A stretch of 64,000 bases of DNA, taken from Candidatus Omnitrophota bacterium (lineage in GTDB: Bacteria; Omnitrophota; Gorgyraeia; Zapsychrales; JANLHA01). This document shows positions 32,384 through 41,964 of the stretch, piece by piece (the first letter of the stretch is position 1; each line of letters opens with the position of its first letter). Under the pieces are notes generated by a model. That model was not told the DNA's origin. It was given only the letters and a program-made list of their open reading frames with translations, and searched no databases. The translations under genes and the position numbers were made by a program. The stretch covers positions 195,277-259,276 of the forward strand of contig JAKLFA010000001.1 in assembly GCA_022711395.1 (NCBI GenBank). The letters run 5' to 3'.

Positions 32384-33544
32384 ATGGTGAATCGTAGAGT
32401 CGCTGGTCTTGTGGAGTCTTCAACGCTGGCCATTACGGCAAGGGCGAAAGAACTTAGTTCCCAAGGGCACGATGTTGTGAATTTCGGCGCTGGTGAACCG
32501 GATTTTGATACACCGGAGATCATTAAACAGGCCGGGATCCAGGCGATTCAAAAAGGGTTCACCAAATATACTCCCAGCATCGGAACGCTTTCGTTGCGGC
32601 AAGAGATCGCGAAGAAGTTCAGCCGTGATAATAAACTGGAGTATAAGCCCTCCCAGATCGTTGTTTCCTGTGGAGCCAAACACTCTATTTACTCGATCAT
32701 CCAGGTTTTGGCTGATGACGGGGATGAGGTCTTGATCCCTGCTCCATATTGGGTGAGTTATCCTGAAATGGTCAAGCTGGCCGGAGCGGTCCCGGTTTAT
32801 ATCGCGACCACGCCCGAAACGGGTTTAAAGGTCACCCCTGCCGCGTTAAAGAAATCCATCACTAAAAAGACGCGTATCTTTATTTTTAATTCGCCGTCCA
32901 ATCCGACGGGTGTTGTTTACACAAAAGAAGAGATCCGCGCCCTTGCCGAAATTTGTGTAGCGAATGACATCTGGATATTGAGCGATGAGATCTATGAAAA
33001 ATTGATCTATGATATCCCTGAATACACGTCGGTCGCTTCCTTAAGCAAGCAGATCTATGATAAGACGATCACAGTCAACGGGGTTTCTAAGGCGTATTCC
33101 ATGACCGGGTGGCGCATCGGCTATGCCGCCGGGCCTCAGGAGATCATGGACCATATGAAACGATTCCAGGATCATTCCACGTCAAACCCCACGTCGATCA
33201 GCCAGGCTGCATCCGAGGCTGCGTTCAAAATGCCTGAGGCTGACATTCAGGCCATGGTCCGCGAGTTCAAGGCTCGCCGGGACCTTATCACTTCTTTGGT
33301 GGACAAAATCCCTGAGATTTCTTATGTTTATCCGCAAGGGGCATTCTATCTTTTCTGTGATATTTCTAAGCTCGGAGATTCTGAGGCGGTCGCTAAGGTC
33401 ATCTTGGATGACGTGAAAGTCGCGTTGATACCAGGCGATGGCTTTGGCGCTCCCGGGTTTGCCAGGCTCAGTTTTGCCACATCCACCGAGCGCATCCAGG
33501 AAGGCATTAAGCGCATAGCACAGTGGATTTCCAAGTCGAAATAG
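32384..33544 (+). CDS. Aspartate/aromatic aminotransferase (PLP fold type I)
   Basis: GEPDF motif and a PLP-lysine region (SKAYSMTGWRIGY). About 390 aa. Confidence 0.85.
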   Translation: MVNRRVAGLVESSTLAITARAKELSSQGHDVVNFGAGEPDFDTPEIIKQAGIQAIQKGFTKYTPSIGTLSLRQEIAKKFSRDNKLEYKPSQIVVSCGAKHSIYSIIQVLADDGDEVLIPAPYWVSYPEMVKLAGAVPVYIATTPETGLKVTPAALKKSITKKTRIFIFNSPSNPTGVVYTKEEIRALAEICVANDIWILSDEIYEKLIYDIPEYTSVASLSKQIYDKTITVNGVSKAYSMTGWRIGYAAGPQEIMDHMKRFQDHSTSNPTSISQAASEAAFKMPEADIQAMVREFKARRDLITSLVDKIPEISYVYPQGAFYLFCDISKLGDSEAVAKVILDDVKVALIPGDGFGAPGFARLSFATSTERIQEGIKRIAQWISKSK

Positions 33545-33626
33545 CCGGTAATTTCTTCTGGTCCCAGACTAGACCGAATTCTTTTTCCGTGTTACACTGA
33601 GAACACATTTTTCATACGGAAGGAGT

Positions 33627-34685
33627 GTGGATATGGATTTAAGAGAATTGCTTATGATGGCCAATGAAAATAAGGCCTCTGACCTTCATTTGACCTTTGA
33701 TAGCCCGCCGATCCTTCGTATTGATGGTGACTTGCGCGTCACTGATAAGGAGGTCCTGACCAAAGACCAGTTAAAGAAGATGATCTATGGGATTTTGACG
33801 GACCGGCAGAAAGAAAAATTCGAGGCGGAACGAGAGCTTGATTTTTCGCTCGCGCTTTCAGGAATGGACCGTTACCGCGTCAATGTCCATATCCAGCGGG
33901 GGTCTGTTGAGGCGGCTTTTCGACGGATACCGTTGTTCATTCCTAATATGGAAGAATTGGGTTTGCCGCCCATTGTGGCTGATATGGCCAGAAAAAAGAA
34001 CGGCCTGGTCCTGGTAACAGGTCCGACGGGGACGGGAAAGACCACAACGCTGGCATCCATGATCAATCTGATCAATGAGGAGCGCAAGACCTTGATCATC
34101 ATGATCGAAGATCCGATCGAGTATGTCCATTTCAATAAAAAGTCGATCATCAAGCAAAGGGAAGTTTACAGCGATACCCATTCATTTGCGGAAGCTTTGA
34201 AACGCTGTTTGCGTCAGGACCCGGATATCATTGTGGTCGGTGAGATGAGAGACCTGGAGACCATTTCAACGGCTCTGACCGCCGCGGAGACAGGACACTT
34301 GGTTTTGGCGACTTTGCACACGCCAGATGCCCCGCAGACGATCGAACGTATTATTGACGTGTTTCCTTCCCATCAGCAGAGCCAGGTGCGTTTACAGCTG
34401 GCTGCTGCCTTACAGGCTGTTATGTCCCAGGTCCTTTTGCCGAGGGCGGAAGGGGACGGCCGTATCTTGGCGACGGAGATCATGATCGCAACGCCCGGAG
34501 TGAGGAACCTGATACGCGAACAGGCCATTGAACAGCTTCCGACCGCGATCCAGACAGGAAGCGCCTATGGGATGCACACGATGGATAAGTGCCTTCAGGA
34601 ACTCTGCCAGAGCGGCGCCGTGAAATATGAGGACGCTGTTCCGCATGTCAAAAACGTAGAGGAATTCAGAAGATTATTCCGATAA
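33627..34685 (+). CDS. pilT: PilT-family type IV pilus retraction ATPase (lone gene)
   Basis: Walker [11 protein letters not shown], Walker B, and the PilT N-terminal region. Confidence 0.85.
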   Translation: MDMDLRELLMMANENKASDLHLTFDSPPILRIDGDLRVTDKEVLTKDQLKKMIYGILTDRQKEKFEAERELDFSLALSGMDRYRVNVHIQRGSVEAAFRRIPLFIPNMEELGLPPIVADMARKKNGLVLVTGPTGTGKTTTLASMINLINEERKTLIIMIEDPIEYVHFNKKSIIKQREVYSDTHSFAEALKRCLRQDPDIIVVGEMRDLETISTALTAAETGHLVLATLHTPDAPQTIERIIDVFPSHQQSQVRLQLAAALQAVMSQVLLPRAEGDGRILATEIMIATPGVRNLIREQAIEQLPTAIQTGSAYGMHTMDKCLQELCQSGAVKYEDAVPHVKNVEEFRRLFR

Positions 34686-34702
34686 GAGATGAAGGAGATG
34701 TT

Positions 34703-35782
34703 ATGGCTTATAGAGTGACCCTTTTGCCGGGTGACGGGATTGGACCGGAAGTCGCCCAAGCGATGCAAAAATGCATTGACGCGACAGGCGTGAAGATCGA
34801 ATGGGATGAACAAATGGTCGGCGAGCCTGCGATTAAAAAATATAACACACCGTTGCCTGACCATGTCCTTGATTCCGTGCGGAAGAACAAGATCGCGATC
34901 AAAGGTCCGATCGTGACTCCCATCGGGACAGGTTTTCGTTCCGTTAACGTAGCCTTACGCCAAGCGTTGGACCTTTATGCCTGCGTGCGTCCGGTCAAAT
35001 ATTATGAAGGGACTAAGTCCATCAGCAAGAAGCTGGACCTTGTGATCTTTCGTGAGAATACCGAGGACCTTTACGCTGGTATTGAGTTTGAATTGGGAAC
35101 GGAAAGCTGTGATAAGATCATTAAGGAGATCAGCGCCCTTTCCCCGAAGAAGATCAGAAAGGATTCCGCGATCTCGATCAAGCCTATTTCCGTTTTTGGA
35201 TCGCGCAGGATTGTGAAAGCGGCGTTCGAATACGCGGTCAAGAACAACCGTCGCAAAGTGACCGCGGTCCATAAAGCTAACATTATGAAATTTACCGATG
35301 GGCTTTTTTTGAGGACGGCGCAGGAAGTGGCTGAGGAGTATAAGGGCAAGATCGAGTTTCAGGATGTTATTGTCGATAATATGTGCATGCAGCTTGTCCA
35401 AAAACCAGAACTTTATGATGTTTTGGTCCTCCCCAATCTTTACGGAGACATTGTTTCTGATCTATGCGCGGGTATGGCCGGCGGGTTGGGCATCGCCCCG
35501 GGGGCGAATATCGGTGATGAAGCGGCCCTGTTTGAACCGGTGCACGGATCCGCGCCAAAATATGCCGGGCAAAATAAGGTCAACCCGACAGCAACGATCC
35601 TTTCGGGGGTCTTGATGCTTAAGCATATCGGAGAAGCCCAGGCGGCCGACCGTTTAGAGAGGGCTGTTTCTGCGGTCTTAAAAGAAGGAAAAGACGTCAC
35701 CTATGACCTTAAAACCGATCGCGATGATCCGACCGCTGTCGGAACGCGGGAAATGGCTCAAGCGATCATAGCGCGTTTGTGA
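34703..35782 (+). CDS. NAD(P)-dependent isocitrate dehydrogenase (isocitrate/isopropylmalate dehydrogenase family, ~36 kDa)
   Basis: GDGIGPEV N-terminal motif and [27 protein letters not shown] signature. Confidence 0.8.
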   Translation: MAYRVTLLPGDGIGPEVAQAMQKCIDATGVKIEWDEQMVGEPAIKKYNTPLPDHVLDSVRKNKIAIKGPIVTPIGTGFRSVNVALRQALDLYACVRPVKYYEGTKSISKKLDLVIFRENTEDLYAGIEFELGTESCDKIIKEISALSPKKIRKDSAISIKPISVFGSRRIVKAAFEYAVKNNRRKVTAVHKANIMKFTDGLFLRTAQEVAEEYKGKIEFQDVIVDNMCMQLVQKPELYDVLVLPNLYGDIVSDLCAGMAGGLGIAPGANIGDEAALFEPVHGSAPKYAGQNKVNPTATILSGVLMLKHIGEAQAADRLERAVSAVLKEGKDVTYDLKTDRDDPTAVGTREMAQAIIARL

Positions 35783-35792
35783 TAATATTTTG

Positions 35793-35852
35793 CCTCAGTG
35801 TTGGACAGCGTTCAATCTTTTGAGCGACGCGCTCGACACTGAGGTTTTTTTT
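35793..35852 (+). terminator. Rho-independent terminator after the dehydrogenase gene
   Basis: CCTCAGTGT ... ACACTGAGG stem (9 bp) followed by TTTTTTTT. Confidence 0.55.
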
Positions 35853-35862
35853 GAAATCAAAT

Positions 35863-36486
35863 ATGAACATTGAAGATCTCGGGCTGATACCTTACGAAAA
35901 AGCTTGGCAGAAGCAAAAAGAGGCTGTTTCCCGGGTCATTGCGGGCGGGCAGGAATGTTTGTTCTTTTGTGAGCATCCGCCGGTCCTGACGTTGGGCCGT
36001 TCCGCCTCCCGGAAGAATCTTTTAGTGCCACCGGACGAACTCGCCAATAGGGGCATCCGGGTCTTGGACGTTGACCGCGGGGGGGATGTGACCCTTCATG
36101 CTCCCGGGCAGTTGGTCGCGTATCCCATCCTTGATTTGAACCGAAGAGGCAGGGATTTGCACAGGTATTTGCATCAATTAGAAGAGGTTGGGATTGATTT
36201 CCTGCGGGGTTTTGGTATAGTGTCTGTAAGAGTTTCCGGCAAAACCGGCGTATGGGTCAAGGACCGCAAATTGATCGCTATCGGGATTGGCGTGCGCCAA
36301 TGGGTCGCTTATCACGGGATCGGTATTAACGTAAAGACAGATTTGAGCCTGTTTTCCTTGATCAGACCTTGTGGGCTTTTTGAAGGGGTAACATCGATCG
36401 AACAGTGCATAGGAAACGCCGTGGATATGGCTGAAGCCAAGGACCGTTTGGGAAAAATCTTTAGAGATGATTTTGGAGTTCAATAG
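35863..36486 (+). CDS. lipB: Octanoyltransferase LipB
   Basis: LipB/BPL catalytic-domain sequence. ATG at 35863; the TTG at 35851 is an alternative start. Confidence 0.85.
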   Translation: MNIEDLGLIPYEKAWQKQKEAVSRVIAGGQECLFFCEHPPVLTLGRSASRKNLLVPPDELANRGIRVLDVDRGGDVTLHAPGQLVAYPILDLNRRGRDLHRYLHQLEEVGIDFLRGFGIVSVRVSGKTGVWVKDRKLIAIGIGVRQWVAYHGIGINVKTDLSLFSLIRPCGLFEGVTSIEQCIGNAVDMAEAKDRLGKIFRDDFGVQ

Positions 36487-36501
36487 GCAAAAGGAGTTGT
36501 T

Positions 36502-36735
36502 GTGAACGAGCTTGTTCTGCCTGAATTGGGTGAGGGGATCAAAGAGGCAACGGTCGTTTGCTGGCATGTGAAGGCCGGATCCCGCGTTGAGAAGGACGAA
36601 GATATCGTTGAGGTTGTGACCGATAAGGCGAGTTTCAACATCCCGTCGCCTTTTTCGGGAACGATCAAAAAAATCTGTATTGACCCCGGCGAGACGGTGC
36701 CAATCGGCTGCGTGCTGGCACACGTTGCGCCTTAA
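36502..36735 (+). CDS. Stand-alone lipoyl-domain protein (77 aa; H-protein-like lipoyl carrier)
   Basis: Lipoyl-attachment consensus (EGxxxxWxxKxGDxVxxxDxxxEVxTDKAxxxIPSPxxGxI) with the target Lys in TDKA. GTG start. Sits immediately after lipB. Confidence 0.75.
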   Translation: MNELVLPELGEGIKEATVVCWHVKAGSRVEKDEDIVEVVTDKASFNIPSPFSGTIKKICIDPGETVPIGCVLAHVAP

Positions 36736-36748
36736 TAAAGGTATTTCC

Positions 36749-37900
36749 ATGAGCCCACATCGAAACAGACGTATCCTTTTAATGTATATCACCAAGGTGT
36801 CAGGTCACCGTCAGGCGACCATGGCGATCCAGAAAGCTTTGAAGCAGCTGAATCCCAATGTCGAGACGCCGATCATCAACGGTTTTGGTTATACGTATCC
36901 CCGGCTGGAGAGAGTCGTTAATGGGGCCTACATGAGCGTAATCAAGACCACTCCTAAGGTTTGGGATTATCTTTACGACAATCCCAAGATCGTGAAAAAA
37001 TCAGCTTCCATAAAGAATTTTTTGCATAAGACCAGCTATTCGAAACTGGACCGCCTGTTCAATCGACATAAGCCGGATGTCGTGGTCTGCACGCAGGCGT
37101 TTCCGTGCGGAATGGTCGCGGCCTATAAGCGGGCCAAGGGGAAAAATTTTAAGGTCGTAGGAGTTCTCACGGATTACGCGCCCCATTCTTATTGGATCAA
37201 CGAAGGAGTGGATTATTATATTGTTCCTTCGACGGAAGCGAAGGAGCGGTTTGTGGCCAAGGGGGTGCCGGGGGACAGCATCAAGATTTATGGAATCCCG
37301 ATCAAGGCGAAATTTTCCGCTCAATTGGATAAAAAACCTATAGCGGATCATTTGGGACTGGACTTGAATATTCCGACCATTCTGATCATGGGGGGTGGAC
37401 AGGGATTGGGCCCGATCAAAAGCGTCGTGAAGTCCCTCATGAAGATCGAGATGCCGCTTCAGATGATCGTCCTGACCGGCGTGAACAAGAAATTATGCAA
37501 GTGGCTTGATGTCAAGGCCCACAAGAAAAATAAATATAACAAAACAGTGATCTTTTACGAATATGCGAACAACGTCGATGAATTGATGGAAGTTTCCGAC
37601 CTCATTGTCACCAAGCCCGGCGGGATGACGACCAGCGAATCTCTGGCGAAAGGCCTTCCGATGGCGATCGTCAATCCCCTGCCCGGACAGGAGATGCGAA
37701 ATACCGATTATCTTTTAAAAAAGAACATAGCCATACGCATCGATAAGAATTCCGACATCGGAGAAGAGATCGAGCTGCTTTTAAGGTCCCCTGAACGTTT
37801 GGCTGAAATGAGCAAGGCGGCCTTTGAGAACGCGCATCCGCATTCGGCGCTGGATATAGCCCAGTTGATCTTGCACGATACAGGGGCCGATAAAGAATAA
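36749..37900 (+). CDS. GT28-family glycosyltransferase (MGDG synthase / UgtP-like diacylglycerol glycosyltransferase)
   Basis: N-terminal G-H motif (VSGHRQ), GGGQGLGP and KPGGMTTSE motifs typical of the MurG/MGD GT-B fold. Confidence 0.75.
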   Translation: MSPHRNRRILLMYITKVSGHRQATMAIQKALKQLNPNVETPIINGFGYTYPRLERVVNGAYMSVIKTTPKVWDYLYDNPKIVKKSASIKNFLHKTSYSKLDRLFNRHKPDVVVCTQAFPCGMVAAYKRAKGKNFKVVGVLTDYAPHSYWINEGVDYYIVPSTEAKERFVAKGVPGDSIKIYGIPIKAKFSAQLDKKPIADHLGLDLNIPTILIMGGGQGLGPIKSVVKSLMKIEMPLQMIVLTGVNKKLCKWLDVKAHKKNKYNKTVIFYEYANNVDELMEVSDLIVTKPGGMTTSESLAKGLPMAIVNPLPGQEMRNTDYLLKKNIAIRIDKNSDIGEEIELLLRSPERLAEMSKAAFENAHPHSALDIAQLILHDTGADKE

Positions 37901-37934
37901 ACTTTCTTCTTAAAGAAAGTGGACCTTTGAGGGT

Positions 37935-38831
37935 ATGTTCAAATATTTTTTTTATCGATTCGCTTTGATGTTCACCAGCCTGTTTCCCGTCGAATGGTGT
38001 TACGGGATAGCCCATCTGATCGCCCGTATTCAGTTTTATTGCTCCCCCCGGGACCGCGCTGCGGTGATCGATAATCTTCAACAGATCCTTGGAAACAGGG
38101 AAAAAGCCAAGCGTCTGGCCGTGGAGGTCTTTCGCCATTTTGCCTGTTATTTGGTGGAATTTTTCCGTATGGGACAAGACCTCGATGACGCGTTCATTTC
38201 CCGGAAAGTTGAACTGCAGGATTTCGATCTTTTGAAGCAGGGTCTGGCGAAGGGGCGCGGGGTTATCCTGTTGACCGGGCATATCGGGAACTGGGAGCTT
38301 GGAGGGCTTGTGATCAGTTGCCTGGGCTATCCGTTCACGGCGATCGCCCTGCCGCATAAAGAGCGTCCGGTCAATGAGCTTTTTAATTCCCAAAGGGAAA
38401 AATTCGGCGTTAAGATCGTTCCGGCCCATCTGGCCATTCGTCGCTGTTTGAAAGACCTTAAGGACAACCGTGTTGTCGCGATCCTTGCTGATCGTGATTT
38501 CAGCGTCACGGGGGAGGCGAGGAGTGTTTTTGGTAAGACCATGATGATCCCTAAAGGCGCGGCGCTGTTCGCCTATCGCACGGGAGCTGCCGTTATACCG
38601 GCTTTTTTACGGCGCAACCCTGACCATACGTTCCGTCTCGCTTTTGGCCCGGTTTTTGATTTGCCGGAAGATCCCCATCAGATGATGGAAGATGTGTTTG
38701 TGAACCATTTTCTCGACCAGCAGGTGAAAATGATCGAACAGGAAGTGCGCAGGGACCCTGCTCAATGGATGATGTTCCGGCGGTTCTGGTTCGATCAGAC
38801 GGCCGCTCCTGAAAGGATTACCAGTACATGA
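37935..38831 (+). CDS. Lipid A late acyltransferase family protein (LpxL/HtrB-like)
   Basis: HIGNWELGG motif (HxxxxE of the Lip_A_acyltrans family). About 300 aa, with an N-terminal membrane anchor. Confidence 0.7.
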   Translation: MFKYFFYRFALMFTSLFPVEWCYGIAHLIARIQFYCSPRDRAAVIDNLQQILGNREKAKRLAVEVFRHFACYLVEFFRMGQDLDDAFISRKVELQDFDLLKQGLAKGRGVILLTGHIGNWELGGLVISCLGYPFTAIALPHKERPVNELFNSQREKFGVKIVPAHLAIRRCLKDLKDNRVVAILADRDFSVTGEARSVFGKTMMIPKGAALFAYRTGAAVIPAFLRRNPDHTFRLAFGPVFDLPEDPHQMMEDVFVNHFLDQQVKMIEQEVRRDPAQWMMFRRFWFDQTAAPERITST

Positions 38832-39493
38832 ACCTGTATGTTGTTATTCCGGCGTTGAACGAAGAGGCTTATGTCGGCGAGATTGTCAGCGGGATCTGCC
38901 GCTTGGGTTTTGATGTGGTGGTCATCGATGATGGGTCGCGGGATTCGACGGGGGAGACGGCTCGGCAGAACGGGGCGCATGTTATCCGTCATGCCATTCG
39001 ACAGGGCAAGGGCGCGTCTTTGCGGGATGGATTCCAGCACGCCTTAACCCAAGGGTGTGATGCGGTCGTTACCATGGATGGCGATGGACAGCATGCGGTC
39101 TCGGACCTGCCGGCTTTTATTGAAAAATTTGAGAATGAACCCGGGTATGGTGTTATCAATGGTTCCCGTATGCTTTCTTGCCGGAGCATGCCGAAGGTGC
39201 GCTTGTACACGAATCGTTTGATGTCGGCTTTGATATCCTGGCTGTGCCGTCAGCGCATCGCGGATACTCAGTGCGGGTTTCGTTTGATCCGGGCGGACGT
39301 GCTGAGAAAGGTCACGTTGCGTTCGGCTGGTTTTCAGATCGAAAGTGAACTGCTGATCGAGGCGGCCCGTGCGGGTTTTACGATCGGTTCAGTTCCAATC
39401 CAGACGATCTACTCGGATGAAAAAAGCAGCATTAACCCTGTTGTCGACACGTTTCGTTTTATTGGGTTTTTCATCAACCAGCTTTTTCGGTGA
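38828..39493 (+). CDS. GT2 polyprenyl-phosphate sugar transferase (DPM1/ArnC/GtrB-like)
   Basis: VVIPALNEE, DDGSRDST and DGDGQH (DxD) motifs. Confidence 0.8.
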   Translation: MNLYVVIPALNEEAYVGEIVSGICRLGFDVVVIDDGSRDSTGETARQNGAHVIRHAIRQGKGASLRDGFQHALTQGCDAVVTMDGDGQHAVSDLPAFIEKFENEPGYGVINGSRMLSCRSMPKVRLYTNRLMSALISWLCRQRIADTQCGFRLIRADVLRKVTLRSAGFQIESELLIEAARAGFTIGSVPIQTIYSDEKSSINPVVDTFRFIGFFINQLFR

Positions 39494-40206
39494 ATAGAAT
39501 GTCTTATCAATATTTATTATCATTGGAACGCAAGATCTTTCGCTGGGCATTGGTAACGTCTTTGGTGTTTCATTTGGTCCTGCTGCTGGTGGCGTTTCTG
39601 ACGAACATTCATTACAAAAAAAGAGTCTCAAAAGCAAAAGACATTGAAGTGGTCTATCAGACCCTTCAGCAGGAACAAAAGCAGGAGCCCTTTCGGGCAG
39701 ACCCGCTTCAAAGCGTCGGTCATAAAAAAAAGGTGGACTCGCCCAAGGTGTTGATCAAGCCGAAACTCGACGTGGATGTTCCATTCAAACCGCTGGACAA
39801 AGCCCCCGTGCAGGTGCCGGACCAGGGCCAACCTTTGGCTAAACCGTTGGTGTCCAGTTCAAAACGCCAGATCGCCGTTCCTTTGCTGCAGTCTGAAAAG
39901 ATCTCGAACCCTCGTTATTTGACTTATCATGAACAGGTTCGGGACAAGATCCGCAACAGGGCATATCAGTATGTTGATAATCCCCGTTTTGAGGCGGGTG
40001 AGGTCTATTTGACATTTGTCCTGGCGTCCGATGGCGAATTGAAGGATGTCCAGATCGTCCATGAGCGTAGCAGGGCTAACCCCTTTTTGAAAAGCGTTGG
40101 CCTGCGAAGCATCAAGGAGTCTGCGCCGTTTCCGGCGTTCCCAAAAGATTTGAACTATCCGGAGCTCACCTTTAACGTCGTGATTTCTTTTGAGGTCGGG
40201 GAATAG
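39490..40206 (+). CDS. TonB-family protein (N-terminal TM anchor, Pro/Lys-rich spacer, C-terminal TonB domain)
   Basis: Single N-terminal TM helix and a proline-rich linker (KPKLDVDVPFKPLDKAPVQVPDQGQP). The C-terminus fits the TonB_C beta-alpha-beta pattern. Confidence 0.6.
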   Translation: MNRMSYQYLLSLERKIFRWALVTSLVFHLVLLLVAFLTNIHYKKRVSKAKDIEVVYQTLQQEQKQEPFRADPLQSVGHKKKVDSPKVLIKPKLDVDVPFKPLDKAPVQVPDQGQPLAKPLVSSSKRQIAVPLLQSEKISNPRYLTYHEQVRDKIRNRAYQYVDNPRFEAGEVYLTFVLASDGELKDVQIVHERSRANPFLKSVGLRSIKESAPFPAFPKDLNYPELTFNVVISFEVGE

Positions 40207-40223
40207 AGAAAGGACGATCAGTC

Positions 40224-41765
40224 ATGAACAGCGTTATTCATTTGCCCGTCCTTTTGTATTATTCTTGCGCTGCCATATTCATTTTTTTTGTTTTTGGGGT
40301 CTTCCATAATTTGAAAGATTCTTCGGCGCTCTTTTGCAGTGTTGGAAAAAAGGGATGGCTGGCCCTGGCTGCGGTGTGCTTGGCCGCTGCTGTCTTACGC
40401 TTTGGCGTCATCGAGCATCGGCATTATGTGTTCTATGATGAATATGAACATATCAATATTGCCAAGAATATGGCAGAGTCCAAACAATTCTCCCGATGCG
40501 ATCTTTACCTTGACGGGCGGTGTTTATCCTTTCAGCCTCCGCAATGGACCCCGGGATATCATTTTTTGCTTTCTTTGGTCTTCCGGCTTTTCGGGCCCTC
40601 TGAGGAGGCGGCGTTTTTATGGAACGCTGTCTTGGGGGTGTTTTCGGTCGCGGCCCTTTTTCTTGTCCTTTATCTGATCACGGAGCAATGGTCCATATCG
40701 ACCGTCTTCGCTTTTGTTCTTACGATGACGCCGTTGCACATGAAATTTTCCGGGAATTCCTCACCGGAAATGGCATCATTCTTATTCATTTCGTTAAGCG
40801 TGCTTGCGCTTTTGATCTTTTCCAAAAGTCAGACCGACGGGGCATTCCTTCAACTGGTATCGGTTGCGGCTTACACGCTCCTTTTACGACCGGAGAATGG
40901 ATTGATCCTGCTTTTGATCATGGCGTGGTTGGCCTTTTTTGCACGAACAGACCGCCGCTATTTTGGGAAAGCTTTGAACGCCATCGTTGCGTTCATTCCG
41001 TATGTTCTCTGTCTGATGGCGATCCGTGATTATCAGATCACCCGTTGGTTTCAGCATAATGAGGGGGAGGTCTTCCTTACGGAATTTTTCAGGAGTGTCC
41101 ACTCATGGACGGGAAATCAGATGATCCCGCTGGCCTGCGTGATCCTGGCGGGAATCGGGGCCTTGGGGGCTTTTAAGAAAGACGGGAAAATCATCCGCTG
41201 GTCGGTAGTGTATTTTTTCATTTTTTTGATTTTTTATTCACTGATGCGCAGGACGATGATGGGTGATACCCAGCGCCTGAACCTTCAGTTTTATCTTCCG
41301 GTCATTATTTTAGCGGTTTTCGGATTTAAAAGAACATGCCGTTTGTTGGGAGAATTTTTCAGGAGTTCAAAACTGGCCTTCGCGGTCTTGATCGCTGTAA
41401 TTTTCTTTAATTGTTGCCAGGCCTTTCCATTCATTTTCGAGGAGATCTCTCTCCCTGTTTTTCAGGAAGAATATAAACTGCTTTTAAAAGGCCGCGCCAT
41501 TGACGATCGAGTGGTTTTTATAAGTTGTAATCCGTCGTTCATTATTACGGTCCTGGGAAAATCAAGCGTGCTGGTTTCACAGGCGATGGATGAGCAGTTT
41601 TTTAATGCCTATCTCAAGGACAGGGACTTGGTCTTGGTCGATGATTATTGGTGCGCGAGGGGAGAAGGGGGATGCGGGGAGTTTAAGAAAAAATACCGCG
41701 TGGAACCGTTTTATGCTCACGGGCAGCAGTTTGGCCGGGAGATGTTTTATTTGGTAAAAAAATAG
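40224..41765 (+). CDS. GT-C-fold membrane glycosyltransferase (PMT/ArnT-like, 513 aa, multi-pass)
   Basis: About 11-13 predicted TM helices. A DE-containing first extracytoplasmic loop motif (FYDEYEH). Translationally coupled to the upstream GT2 and TonB genes. Confidence 0.5.
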   Translation: MNSVIHLPVLLYYSCAAIFIFFVFGVFHNLKDSSALFCSVGKKGWLALAAVCLAAAVLRFGVIEHRHYVFYDEYEHINIAKNMAESKQFSRCDLYLDGRCLSFQPPQWTPGYHFLLSLVFRLFGPSEEAAFLWNAVLGVFSVAALFLVLYLITEQWSISTVFAFVLTMTPLHMKFSGNSSPEMASFLFISLSVLALLIFSKSQTDGAFLQLVSVAAYTLLLRPENGLILLLIMAWLAFFARTDRRYFGKALNAIVAFIPYVLCLMAIRDYQITRWFQHNEGEVFLTEFFRSVHSWTGNQMIPLACVILAGIGALGAFKKDGKIIRWSVVYFFIFLIFYSLMRRTMMGDTQRLNLQFYLPVIILAVFGFKRTCRLLGEFFRSSKLAFAVLIAVIFFNCCQAFPFIFEEISLPVFQEEYKLLLKGRAIDDRVVFISCNPSFIITVLGKSSVLVSQAMDEQFFNAYLKDRDLVLVDDYWCARGEGGCGEFKKKYRVEPFYAHGQQFGREMFYLVKK

Positions 41766-41874
41766 TTGTGGCGGGGCTAATGCCGGATTTTTTGATGAAT
41801 GATTTTTGTTGAAATAAAAAAATTTTGTTATATACTTAATCGTAACCTATCGGTACGATTTATGCTACCGAAGT

Positions 41875-41905
41875 AATAAAGAACGAATGTTCTTTATTTT
41901 TTTAT
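41875..41905 (+). terminator. Terminator-like perfect 10-bp inverted repeat with a T-tract, in the AT-rich spacer upstream of the sensor kinase
   Basis: AATAAAGAAC gaat GTTCTTTATT followed by ttttttatttcttt. The stem is AT-rich, so it is weak. Confidence 0.35.
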
Positions 41906-41964
41906 TTCTTTAAGAGTGAAAAATTTCACGATATATCAATATATCCCATATTTTTTACTGAAGT

